The notes beneath the pieces are model-generated. The model saw nothing but the letters and a program-made list of their open reading frames with translations, did not search any database and was not told where the DNA came from. Source: Mustelus asterias (taxonomy: Eukaryota). From it: a DNA stretch of 64,000 bases. The stretch's first letter is position 1. Each line of letters starts with the position of its first letter. Positions 1-11,890 of this stretch are shown in pieces. The stretch spans positions 50,902,001 through 50,966,000 of the forward strand of contig NC_135808.1 of the NCBI RefSeq assembly GCF_964213995.1. Direction: 5' to 3'. Position numbers and translations under genes: made by a program.

Positions 1-17
1 AGTGGACCCAGCACTGA

Positions 18-1876
18 AGGGCAAAAAGCGGTCACAAAATGTTCTTGGCAGACAGGATTAAGGAGAATCCTAAGTCATTTTATTCATATGTTAGGAACAA
101 AGGAGTTGTCAGGGAAAAAGTCGGACCACTCAGGGACAAAGGAGGGGAATTATGCTTAAAACCCAAGGGAATAGGGGAGATCCTAAATGAATACTTTGCA
201 TCGGAATTCACAAAGGAGAGGGACTTGTTGACTGGGAGTGTCTCAGAGGGAGGTGTTGACCCGTTAAAGAGAATCTCCATTACAAGGGAGGAAGTGTTAG
301 GTTTCTTAGGTAACATTAAAACTGACAAATCCCCAGGGCCTGATGGCATCTATCCTAGACTGCTCAGGGAGACAAGAGATGTAATTGCTGGGCCTCTGAC
401 TGAAATCTTTGTCTCTTCATTGGACACAGGTGAGGTCCCTGAGGATTGGAGGATAGCGAATGTGGTACCGTTATTTAAGAAAGATAGCAGGGATAACCTG
501 GGTAATTATAGGCCAGTGAGCTTGACGTCCGTGGTAGGGAAGTTGTTGGAGAGGATTCTTAGAGACAGGATGTATGCGCATTTAGAACGGAACAATCTCA
601 TTAGTGACAGACAGCATGGTTTTGTAAGAGGGAGGTTGTGCCTTACAAATTTGGTGGAGTTTTTTGAGGAAGTGACAAAAACGGTTGACGAAGGAAGGGC
701 CGTGGATGTCGTCTATATGGATTTCAGTAAGGCAATTGACAAAGTCCCTCATGGCAGGTTGGTTAAGAAGGTTAAGGCTCATGGGATACAAGGAGAGGTG
801 GCTAGATGGGTAGAAAACTGGCTTGGCCATAGGAGACAGAGGGTAACGGTCGAAGGGTCTTTTTCTGGCTGGAGATCTGTGACCAGTGGTGTTCCGCAGG
901 GCTCTGTACTGGGACCTCTGCTATTTGTGATATATATAAATGATTTGGAAGAAGGTGTAACTGGTGTTATCAGCAAGTTTGCGGATGACACGAAGATGGC
1001 TGGACTTGCGGATAGCGAAGAGCATTGTCGGACAATACAGCAGGATATAGATAGGCTGGAAAATTGGGCGGAGAAATGGCAGATGGAATTTAATCCAGAT
1101 AAATGTGAAGTGATGCATTTTGGAAGAACTAATGTAGGGGGGAGTTATACAATAAATGGCAGAGCCATCAAGAGTATAGAAACACAGAGGGACCTAGGTG
1201 TGCAAGTCCACAAATCCTTGAAGGTGGCAGAAGGTGGTGAAGAAGGCATATGGTATGCTTGCCTTTATAGGACAGGGTATAGAGTATAAAAGCTGGAGGC
1301 TGATGATGCAGCTGTATAGAACGCTGGTTAGGCCACATTTGGAGTACTGCGTCCAGTTCTGGTCGCCGCACGACCAGAAGGACGTGGAGGCTTTAGAGAG
1401 AGTGCAGAGAAGGTTTACCAGGATGTTGCCTGGTATGGAGGGTCTTAGCTATGAGGAGAGATTGAATAAACTGGGCTTGTTCTCCTTGGAAAGACGGAGA
1501 ATGAGGGGAGACCTAATAGAGGTGTACAAAATTATGAAGGATCTGGATAGGGTGAACAGTGGGAAGCTTTTTCCCAGGTCGGAGGTGACGATCACGAGGC
1601 GTCACGGGCTCTAGGTGAGAGGGGCGAAGTATAACTCAGATATTTGAGGGATGTTTTTTACACAGAGAGTAGTGGGGGCCTGGAATGCGCTGCCAAGTAG
1701 GGTGGTGGAAGCAGACATGCTGGCATCGTTTAAGACTGACCTGGATAGTCACATGAGCAGTCTGGGAATGGAGGGATACAAACGAATGGTCTAGTTGGAC
1801 CAATGAGCGGCACAGGCTTGGAGGGCCGAAGGGCCTGTTTCCTGTGCTGTACTGTTCTTTGTTCTTTGTTCTTTGA
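18..1876 (+). mobile_element. CR1-clade LINE, 5'-truncated (ORF2 RT region, frameshifted)
   Basis: ORFs 39-1289 and 1234-1614 carry CR1 RT motifs ([42 protein letters not shown]); (TGTTCTT)n 3' tail at ~1853-1876. Confidence 0.93.
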
Positions 1877-1974
1877 TCCCTGAGGCACACCGCTGGCCAC
1901 AGGTATCCAGTTTGAAAACAACCCTCTACAATCACCCTCTAGCTTCTGTCATCAAGCCAATTTTGTATCTCGAA

Positions 1975-3220
1975 GTATTGTGGGGCTGGAGAAGATTCCA
2001 GAGATAGGGAGGGGGAGAGGACAATGGAGGGCTTCACCAGGAGCCAGTGTATGTCATTGAGCACAGGGGGTGATAGGGGAACAGGACTTGGTGTGAGTTC
2101 AGACTGGGACAGCAGAGTTTGGGATGAGCTGATGTGTGCGGAGGGTGGAATGTGGGAGAGCAGCAAGGAGTGTATTGGGATAGTCACGTCTAGTGGGAAT
2201 GAAGGCATGGATGAGGATTTCAGCAGCAGATGGACTGAGAACATGAGGTGGCTCTCATGGAGGAGGTGAGATCAGAGAGGCCTTGAGGGGAGATCAAAGA
2301 GAAAGTAGAGAAGGATGTGAGTTCAGGGCTCGGGCGGGATGGGGGGGGGGGCGGGGGGGCGGGGGTGGATTAGAGGAAGTTCATCCAGATGGGCTAGTGG
2401 AAGGGAGGGACGTGGCAGAGGCAGCTGATTGGATTGTCTCAATCTTAGTCACAAAGACCTCGGTGAGATCCTCACACTTGTTGCTGGAGGTGAGGGGGGA
2501 GGGGACAGGGGAGAGGGGTTTAAGAAGATGGTCTGCAGTTGGGAAAAGAAGCCGGAGCTTATCTTCTCATTCCAGGATGATCCTGGAATAGTCAACAGTT
2601 TTAGCAGATGAGAGTAGGAGCCGGAAGTGTTTGAAGTGCTCCAGCCAGATCAGCCAGTGGATGGATAAACCAGTTGTCCACCAGATCCTTTCAAGTCTGT
2701 GTCCCTGGGATGAAGTGAGTGGAGATGAGGCCGGAGCAGGGGGAACGGCCGGGGGGAGAGGGAATCATGGTTTTATTGGGGATTAGGATATCAAAGGTGG
2801 GGGTGAGGGGGAGCCAATCAGTCCCTGCAGAAATGTTGTGGTGATCGGAGGGCCAGAGACGAGATAGTTGGGATTTGGGAAGTGCGGTTGTAAGTGAATG
2901 GACACAGCTGGAAGAGTTGGGTGAGGGGAAACAAAGGGGTTGCCTCCCCACAGAGCTGGTCTGAGAATCAACTGGCTTCTGGTAAAAAGAAATTTAAGAT
3001 AGATGGGAATTGGAAAGTGCGGATGTAAGTGAATTGGGGAATAGGTTTTTGCAGGGATGGATACAGAAGGGGGTAGGGTTGGGGGTGTGGAAGGGGGATG
3101 TGGCTGGGGAGTGATACAAGGAAGTGATCAGAGATGGTCTTATCTCTGATTGAAACTATGGGAGTAGTGAGACCACGTGAGATGGTTAAGGTCAAGGGGG
3201 AGGTGGTGAATATGGGGTGG
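1975..3220 (-). mobile_element. Degraded L2-like LINE fragment
   Basis: ORF 2968-3195 has the endonuclease C-terminal motif ISDHFLV; strong purine/pyrimidine strand bias typical of L2; many stops. Confidence 0.55.
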
Positions 3221-3569
3221 AGAATTGTGATTGTGATGGTTTAATCCCAGCAACTTTCAGTTTCTTTTCTGTTATCAATCTTGTCACTCAAGAGATTCCA
3301 GATCAAACTGATCATTTTCAAATGAATGATCATTGGCTTTGAATCCAATCTTCTGCAGATGTGTCATTGATTGACAGGCCAAGCAGCCAATCAGGACAAT
3401 CACTTGGTGAAAGGCAGCCAATCAGCTGATGGGGAGGTGGGACATTTCCAAAGCACTCACCAGACAGAAACGGAATATTCTTAATGTTTATTACCTTTTA
3501 CACATTGACATTGACAGAAAAAACAGCCCAGCCAGAGGAAGCTGGAGAAATTCACAGGGAGAATGGAGG

Positions 3570-3575
3570 TTTATT
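3570..3575 (-). terminator. Probable polyadenylation signal of the Ig light-chain mRNA
   Basis: First AATAAA seen on the minus strand after the C stop codon (~430 nt 3' UTR); a second copy at 3487-3492. Confidence 0.6.
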
Positions 3576-4007
3576 AAAACACTTGTGGAGATTTTCTCAA
3601 TAACATGAGAATCCTGTCCCTTTAAACAGTGACTAAAGCTTCAATTGTAACTGCAGGGTGAGCAGGAAGGAGGTCTGGTTTACTGAAGCAGACACTTCAC
3701 AGGGTCACATTATTATTGTACAGCTGACACTCTTCAGCATCTTCCAGAGGTTTTACTTGTTATCACGAGTCTGCACTGTCCCCATCAAACTCTCCCAGAA
3801 CAGTAACAGCACGGGGTTAGATACAGAGTAAAGCTCCCTCTACACTATACCAATAATGTGCTTCAACCCCTGACCCTCAGAAGTGTCTCAGACCCAGTCC
3901 CGAGAAGGAAGAGAGTTGTAATTCAATGCTGATAATGACCTTTGCCCTCCCAGCTCACCCCTGTTCTATTTCAAGTTGTGTCTCCTCTGTGGACTGTCTC
4001 TAACACT

Positions 4008-4336
4008 CTAGGCACATTCTGATCTCCTGACGCTCTTGCTGAGGGGCGAGGAGAGGCTCACGTGGGTGAGGGCACAGGAGAAGCGGGCGTTGGACTCCCA
4101 GTCGGAGCCAGAGAGGGTCAGCAGGCTGCTGACGCTGTAGGTGTTGTCTGAAGCTCGCAGGTAGTTGCTGGTCTGAACCCCGTTGGAAATGGCTGCACCA
4201 TCCTTCTTCCACTTCACCTCCACCTCATCGGGATAGAAGTGATTGGCAAGGCACACCAGGGTGGCAGTGCCCTTGGTCTTGACCTCCTCCGGGGAGGGGG
4301 GCAGCAGGGTCAGCGTGGGTTGTGAATTCTCACGGG
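4008..4336 (-). CDS. IGKC: Ig light-chain constant exon, kappa / type III (NS4-like)
   Basis: Polypyrimidine tract and AG acceptor at 4337-4338; reads (T)RENSQPTLTLLPPSPEEVKTKGTATLVCLANHFYPDEVEVKWKKDG...YSVSSLLTLSGSDWESNARFSCALTH...RSECA*, with both Ig-domain Cys, the Trp and a penultimate interchain Cys; splice phase matches J. Confidence 0.96.
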
Positions 4337-4454
4337 CTGAAAGAGAAGAGAAGGAATTTTAATCACTGCCATTTTCAGGCTTTCAACTTCCCGAATATTA
4401 ACTGGGATCAAATCAGTGTCAATGTTTCAATGTTGCAGAATTCTGAAAATCCAT

Positions 4455-5190
4455 TCGGGGGAACCTTTTGAACCAGTACGGAACAATCCCAACAAGAGAA
4501 GGGGCAGTTTTGGACAGTTTTATAGGCATGTGGAAGGTGTATCAGTGGGTGAGCATTTGGGTAATAGTGATCATAATACAGTTAGATTGGGAGTAGTTTT
4601 GGGAGAAGGGAAAGATTGATCAAGAGTATAAGTTTTAAATTGGGAAAAGGCCGATTTCACAAAACTGGGATTTGCCAAAATGGAGAGGAAACATCGACTT
4701 GAAGGTAAATCAGTGTCAGAGCAGTGGGAGGATATTCGAGCTGGAGATAGAGTTCAGAACAAATATGTTCACACAAAGCAATAGCGTGGGACATTGCAAG
4801 GAGGATAACTAAGGAATGAATAGGGCAGGTTAGAGAGCAACAAGGTAACTTGTGTGCAGAGGGGGAAGGCACAGAGATGGTTCTTAATGAATAATTTACA
4901 TCAGATATCACAAATGAGAGGGACAAAGCTGACATTGTAGTTCAGGAGGAGAGGGATTGTGAAATAATTAATGGGATAATGATAGTGTGGGAGGAGGTAT
5001 TAATGTGTTTATCATCTTTGAAAGTGGAAAAATTCCCAGGCCCGGGTGAAATGTATCCCAGGATGCGAAGGGAAGCACGGGAAGAAATAGCAGAGACTCT
5101 GACCATTATTTCCCAATCCTCTCTGGCTACAGGTGTGGTGTGGGAGGACTGGAGGACGGATAATGCTGTACCATTGTTTAAAATTAAAAG
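4455..5190 (+). mobile_element. Old degraded CR1 fragment
   Basis: HLGNSDHN and KFPGPGEMYPR remnants; inverted paralogue at ~60375-60665. Confidence 0.75.
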
Positions 5191-5646
5191 CTGATGAGAT
5201 CCAAGGGAAAGTGACAAGTTGGATTTCAAATTAGTTCAATGTGGGGGTAAAGGTTTGATTTGAAGCTTGGTTTTAATCTTTTTGCAATGTTACTAAAACA
5301 TCTGTAAAGAAGGTTACTACGAATTCAGCACTGAAATGGTTAATAGTGAGAGTATTTAAAGACACAGTGTCCCTTTAAGAGACTGTGAACCAGTCAGGAA
5401 GCTGGAACTATTGATCAGTCTGTCTGGAGGAAACAGGTTGAGCATCAACAAACCTCAGATCACACGTAGGATGACCGTGACCTTGAAGGTGAAGAAGAAG
5501 CTCCAATCGTGGATGCGGAAGCAGAAGAAGGAGATGCTGATGCGACGGAAGCTAAAAGACTCAAGAAACAGGAAGAAGAGAACTTTATCCCAGAACATTG
5601 CAGCAGACTTGGATCAACATACTTCACACAGGATTCTGATTGGCTG

Positions 5647-8600
5647 TGTGGTGAACCATAGATGGTTACCACTATGGGTGCTTGTACATAAGTTACTCTT
5701 GTTACTGTTGGGGTTAGGGTTGGGGTGTTCCATCTGTTATTACTGTTTATGTCGTACACTCCGTTCGGCTCCGCCTTCTTACAGGAGTATAAAGGTCACT
5801 GCTACTTCCTAGTAGTCTTTAGTCTGGGATAATATTGTTGAGTAGTGTGCTCCTGTTTGTCGTGAATAAAAGCCTTTATTCCCGGGTACGTCCTAGCCTC
5901 CCGTGTGAATCAATCGCGCATCAATTTTATTCACGACAAATACTGAAAATTTTGTTCAAAGAAAATGGAGCAGATGCTAAAGCCCGATCGGCTAACCTTG
6001 GATCCGCGTGCCGCTGGGGCATCGAACACTTTCGACCATTGGTTAACGTGCTTCGAGGATTACGTTGAGGCCTCGGCAGCAGTCCAGTCCGACGCCAACA
6101 GATTGCGGGTCCTCCACGCCAGGGTGAGCGACACTGTATATGCAACAGTTCGCGATTCCCAAAATTATAAAGATGCTATCGAATTGCTCAAGAGGCTGTA
6201 TAACAAACAGCCGAACAAAATTCATGCTCGTCACCTATTAGCCACTCGACGGCGGCAGCCCAGCGAAACTACGGGACAGTACCTGCGCGAACTTCAACAG
6301 CTAGCCAGAGCCTGCAACTGCAAGGAGGTGTCGGCTACTCAATACACCAACGACCTCATTCGGGACGCATTCGTGGCGGGAATCGGCTCATCCTATATTC
6401 GCCTGTGGCTGCTAGAGCAAGGTAACCTGGACCTGGCTAAGACGGTAGAATTGGCCAACGCAATGGAAACAGCCTCCAGAAATCTCGAAACCTACCCCAC
6501 CGACCACGTGGGAACAGCGTGGCAAGCACAGCCGCTGCCTCAGCTGTACTCGGCGGCTCCTCGGAACTGCGCGATGATGCTCCCAACTTCAGACCTGACG
6601 GCTGCGGCAGCTCCTGGAGGCCCACGGTGCTATTTCTGCGGTTTGGCGAAGCATCCTCGCCAAAGATGTCCGGCGGTGTTTTGCTCCGCCTGTGGAAAGA
6701 AAGGGCACTATGCAAAGGTGTGCCGAGCGAAGACCCCTTCCAAGCCCAGCATTGCTGCGTGCGACTCTCCAGGATCCATCTCCTCATCTCCGGCCTCATC
6801 GATGTCTTCAGCCACGTGCGATCCACGGGCGCTGCCATTTCCTATGACGACGACGCTAGCCACATGCGACCTGCGGGTGCCGCCGTTTTCAACATCCTCG
6901 ACCGTGTGCGATTCATGGGCGCAGCCATTTTGGTCGACACCGGCCGCAGGAGACCAGCAGGGGTCCTCGCCATTGGCTATCTCAACTGCCTGCAGTTACG
7001 CTCGGGATCCAACAGTGGCGTCAATCATCCTGGACCAGGCCAAGCCTCACAGACTCGACAAGTCCATGATGGACACAGAGGTAAACGGGCGCCTGGCGCG
7101 TTGCCTGTTTGACAGCGGGAGCACGGAGAGCTTCATCCATCCGGATACAGTAAAACGGTGCGCTCTCCGTGTGCAAACTGTCAGGCAGACAATCTCCATG
7201 GTGTCGAGGTCCCGATCTGTCCTCGTTCTCGGGAGCTGTGTGGTAACTCTAACGGTGCGGGGCACAGTCTACGAGAACTTCAGGCTCCTCGTGTTACTGC
7301 ACCTTTGCGCTCCGGTACCCCTGGGGCTAGATTTTATGGTCCACCTGAGGAGTGTGACCCTGCAGTACGATGGGCCACTCCCTCCTCTTTCAGTGGGAGC
7401 ACAGCAGCCTCCAAATTGTCCAGCGCGCTCCACATGCAGCCTCTCAACACTCACAATTACCCCGCCTTCCCTATTCGAAAATCTCGTACCAGGCTGCAAG
7501 CCCATCGCGACTAAAAGCAGGCGTTACAGCGCTGAGGATCAGATCTTTATTAGATCTGAGGTTCAGCGGCTCCTCAGGGAAGGAGTCATTCAACCTAGCA
7601 CTAGCCCATGGAGAGCACAAGTCGTGGTGGTCAAGACTGGATACAAGGCCAGGATGGTCATAGACTATAGTCAGACCATTAATAGGTACGCGCAGCTGGA
7701 CGCGTACTCTCTCCCGCGCATATCTGACATGGTCAACCAGATTGCGCAGTACCGGGTGTTCTCCACCATCGACTTGAAGTCAGCCTACCACCAGCTCCCC
7801 ATTCGCCCAGAGGACCGCAAATACACGGCCTTTGAGGCGGATGGCCGTCTCTACCACTTTTTAAGAGTCCCTTTCGGTGTCACTAATGGGGTCTCAGTCT
7901 TCCAGCGTGAGATGGACCGAATGGTGGACCAAAGCGGGCTATGGGCTACCTTCCCGTACCTGGACAACGTCACTATCTGCGGCCATGACCAGCAGGACCA
8001 CGACGCCAACCTCCAGACGTTTTTACGCACTGCGTCTCTCCTGAACCTGACCTATAACAAGGAGAAGTGTGTATTCAGCAAGAACCGCCTAGCAATCCTC
8101 GGATACGTGGTGGAAAACGGGGTCATCGGCCCCGATCCAGACCGTATGCGTCCCCTCCTTGAACTTCCCCTACCCACTAGCGTCAAAGCACTGAGAAGAT
8201 GCTTAGGCTTCTTCTTGTACTATGCACAGTGAGTTCCCAATTACGCGGACAAAGCCCGTCCGCTCATAAAGTCTACCTCTTTTCCCCTGACAGCAGAGGC
8301 TCGCTTAGCCTTTGAAGGGATAAAAGCCGACATCGCGAAAGCCACGATGCACGCTGTCGATGACTCCATCCCCTTTCAGGTGGAGAGTGATGCACCTGAT
8401 TTCGCCCTGGCCGCCACACTTAACCATGCGGGCAGGCCTGTCGCCTTTTTCTCTCGCACCCTCCAAAGGCCTGAAATTCGGCACTCCTCTTGGGAGAAAG
8501 AGGCTCAGGCCATTGTGGAGGCCGTACGGCATTGGCGCCATGATTTGGCTGGCAAACGGTTTACCCTGCTCACGGACCAAAGGTCCGTGGCCTTTATGTT

Positions 8601-10261
8601 CAACAACACGTTAAAGGGAAAAATTAAGAATGATAAAATCTTGAGGTGGAGAATCGAACTCTCCACCTCCAACTATGATATCATGTACCGTCCGGGGAAG
8701 CTCAATGAGCCCTCAGATGCCCTGCCGTGTGGAACATGTGCCAGTGTGCAGGAGGACCGGTTACAGCCCCTCCACAATGATCTCTGCCATCCGGGGATCA
8801 CTCGGCTCCATTTTGTAAAGGCTCGGAATCTGCCCTATTCCATAGAGGATGTCAGGTCGATAACTCGAAGCTGCCAGGTCTGTGCAGAGTGCAAGCCGCA
8901 CTTCTACCGGCCTGACAGGGCACACCTCATTAAGGCCACTCGCCCTTTTGAATGACTGAGTGTCGACTTCAAGGGGCCCCTCCCTTCGACGGATCGGAAC
9001 GTGTATTTCCTCAACGTTTTTGACGAATACTCCCGATTCCCCTTTGCCATCCCCTGTTCTGACATGTCCTCTGCCACGGTCATCAAGGCCCTGCGGAGTC
9101 TTTTTACCCTGTTCGGCTACCCCAGTTATATCCACAGTGATAGGCGTTCGTCGTTTATGAGTGACGATTTGAGGCAATACCTGCTCTCTAAGGGAATTGC
9201 CTCAAGTAGGACTACGAGTTACAACCACAGGGGTAACAGACAGGTCGAGAGAGAAAACGCTACAGTCTGGAAGGCTGTTTTACTGGCGCTACGGTCTGGG
9301 GGTCTTCCAGTCACCCGTTGGCAAGAGGTACTTTCTGATGCGCTCCATTCCATCCGGTCCCTCCTGTGTACGGCAACCAACGCTACCCCACATGAGCGGA
9401 TGTTTGTCTTCCCTGGGAAGTCTTCCTCTGGGACCTCACTGCCGTCTTGGTTGACGTACTCAGGACCTGTCCTCCTGCGGCGGCATGTTAGGGCCCGCAA
9501 GTCCGACCCTTTGGTTGAACAGGTCCATCTCCTCCACGCCAACCCTCAATATGCCTATGTGGCATATCCTGACGGGCGAGAGGACACGGTCTCTATCAGA
9601 GATCTGGCGCCTGCAGGGGACCTGGAAAACCCCGTCACTCCCGCACCCCTGGTTAGGATTCCATTGCCCATTCTCTCCCCTCCTGACACGGCACGGGCAG
9701 CATCGGGACCTCCACTTAATGCTCTTACTCCCGTGTGCAGCTTGCCTGAGTCCAGGGGATTGTCGCCATCTCGAGGTCGGCGGTCGGGAGAGGAACTGGA
9801 GGAGTCTGTGGACACCACCTCGGAGAGAGGGTCGTCACCACGGTCACCAGAACCGGCACTGGAGCCAGTACTGCGGAGGTCGCAGAGACAGTGCGGCCCT
9901 CCGATACGGCTGAACTTGTGAACATGTGGACAGTTCGTATTGTTTTCTTACCCCACCGGCCTTTGTTTTTAAAGGAGGGGTGAATGTGGTGAACCATAGA
10001 TGGTTACCAATATGGGTACTTGTACATATGTTACTCTTGTTACTGTTGGGGTTAGGGTTGGGGTGTTCCACCCGTTATTATTGTTTATGTGGTACACTCC
10101 GTTCGGCTCCGCCTTCTTACAGGAGTATAAAGGTCACTGCTACTTCCTAGTAGTCTTTAGTCTGGGATAATATTGTTAAGTAGTGTGCTCCTGTTTGTTG
10201 TGAATAAAAGCCTTTATTCCCGGGTACGTCCCAGCCTCCCGTGTGAATCAATCGCGCATCA
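5647..10261 (+). mobile_element. Full-length Gypsy-type LTR retrotransposon (copy 1) in the J-C intron
   Basis: 277-bp LTRs 5647-5923 and 9985-10261 (TG...CA, about 10 differences); 5-bp TSD GGCTG; PPT AAAGGAGGGG at 9971-9980; order gag-PR-RT-RH-IN. Confidence 0.97.
5965..9921 (+). pseudogene. Single-frame gag-pol polyprotein of LTR copy 1, two premature stops
   Basis: ORFs 5965-8232, 8347-8955 and 9001-9921 share one frame; CCHC knuckles, protease LFDSGS, RT (PFG, YLDN), RNase H, integrase HHCC and DDE; TGA at 8230 and 8953. Confidence 0.9.
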
Positions 10262-10379
10262 GGCTGTCAGTGTAGATGCTTCTAGGTTTCATTTCAAACC
10301 TTACCGCCCAGCACTGGGCTGGAGGGTGTGAGTGTGTGAACAAAGGGTGAGGTTCAGGATCAGGAATCTCCAACCTCAA

Positions 10380-10710
10380 AGACAGAATTACATTTCTATA
10401 GCACCTGTCACCACCTCAGAATGTCCCAAAGTGTTTTACAGCTCATTGTGCACAGCAAGATCCCAGGGAGCAGAGTGAGAATGAACAGATAAGCAGATTT
10501 GTAGTGATGTTGATTGAGGGATAAATATTGACCAGTACATCGGGGTGAACTCCCCTGCTCTTCTTCCAATGGTACCATGGAATCTTTCACACCCCCTGAG
10601 AGGACAGATATCAGTTTGTCTCATCTGAAAGACGGCACCTCTGACAGTGCAGCACTCCTTCGATACTGCCCTGGAGGCTCAGCCTGGATGTCAGGAGTGG
10701 GATTTGAAGC
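10380..10710 (-). mobile_element. Deu-domain SINE (SacSINE1/AmnSINE1-like)
   Basis: Reverse complement contains GAGTGCTGCACTGTCAGAGGTGCCGTCTTTCAGATGAGAC...GAAGAGCAGGGGAGTT...AATATTTATCCCTCAATCAACATCAC and an L2-type GCTATAGAAAT tail; a smaller fragment at ~17865-17940. Confidence 0.75.
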
Positions 10711-10749
10711 ATTTCTTCAAATTTCTGTGGATTCTCTGCTGCTTTCAGT

Positions 10750-11600
10750 TGAATGAAGGGTGCAGGAGGACATGCCAGGAGCAACAGCAGACATACTGAA
10801 AAATGAGGTGTTAACCTGGTGAAGCTACAACACAGGACTGTGTGCCAAACAGCAGAAGCAGCAAGTGATAGACAGAGCTAAACCATCCCACAACCAATGG
10901 ATCAGATCTAAGCTCTGCAGTCCTGCCACATCCAGCCGTGAATGGTGGTGGACAATTAAACAACTCACTGGAGGAGGAGGCTCCACAAATATCCCCATCC
11001 TTAATGATGGAGGAACCCAGAACATCAGTGCAAAAGATAAGGCTGAAGCACTTGCAGCAATCTTCAGCCAGAAGTGCCGAGTGGATGATCCATCTCGACC
11101 TCCTCTGGAGGTCCTGAAGACTTGTGCTCCAGAACTTCCCGCGTCCCTCGCCAAGCTGTTCCAGTACAACTACAACACTGGCATCAATCCAACATTGTGA
11201 TAAATTACCCGGTTATGAACTGTGCACGAAAAACAGGACAAATCCAATCCGCACAATAACCGCCCCATCAGTCTACTCTCGATCATCAGCAATGTGAACT
11301 GAACATATCCAGAGCGATTACCAAGCAGCACTTACTCAGCAATAATCTGCTCACTGACACTCAGTTAGTGTTCCGCCAGGGTCACTCAGCTCCTGACCTC
11401 ATTACAGCCTTGGTTCAAACATGGTCAAAAGAGCTGAACTCCAGAGGTGAGGTGAGAGTGACTGCCCTTGACATCAAGGCAGCATTTGACCGAGTGTGGC
11501 ATCAAGGAGCCCTCGCAAAACTGGAACCCATGGAAATCAGGGGAAAACTCTCCACTGGTTGGAGTTATACCCAGCACAAAGGAAGATGGTTGTTGTTTGG
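10750..11600 (+). mobile_element. Jockey-group LINE fragment (family distinct from the main CR1s)
   Basis: LKTCAPELPASLAKLFQ and FRQGHSAPDL...ALDIKAAFDRVWH motifs; same family as 29935-32710 and 45620-47030. Confidence 0.75.
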
Positions 11601-11890
11601 GGTTTAACTCTACAATCTATATTAATGAGCTGGATGAAGGGAATGAGAGGATTGTAGCTAAATTTGCTGATGATAAAATGAAAGTAGGAATGCAAGTTGT
11701 GAGGAGGATACAAAGTCTGAAAAGGGATAGAGATAGGTTCAGTGAGTGGGAAAACATTGACAGATGAAGTATAATGTGGGAAAATGTGAGGTTGTCCACT
11801 TTGGCAGGAGGATAGAGAAGAATACTAGTTAACTGGAGAGACTCTAACGAGTGATCTAGGTGTCTTTGCATCCAGGAACAGCAAGAAATT

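Noticed and set aside
3770-3850. Regulatory element in the Ig 3' UTR
   Set aside because: Looks like a single unit of a common shark short repeat (GGGGTTAGATACAGAGTAAAGCTCCCTCTACAC); no support for function
5411-5812. Lys/Arg-rich 133-aa ORF
   Set aside because: Runs from low-complexity intron sequence into the LTR; the low-complexity part is absent from the paralogue
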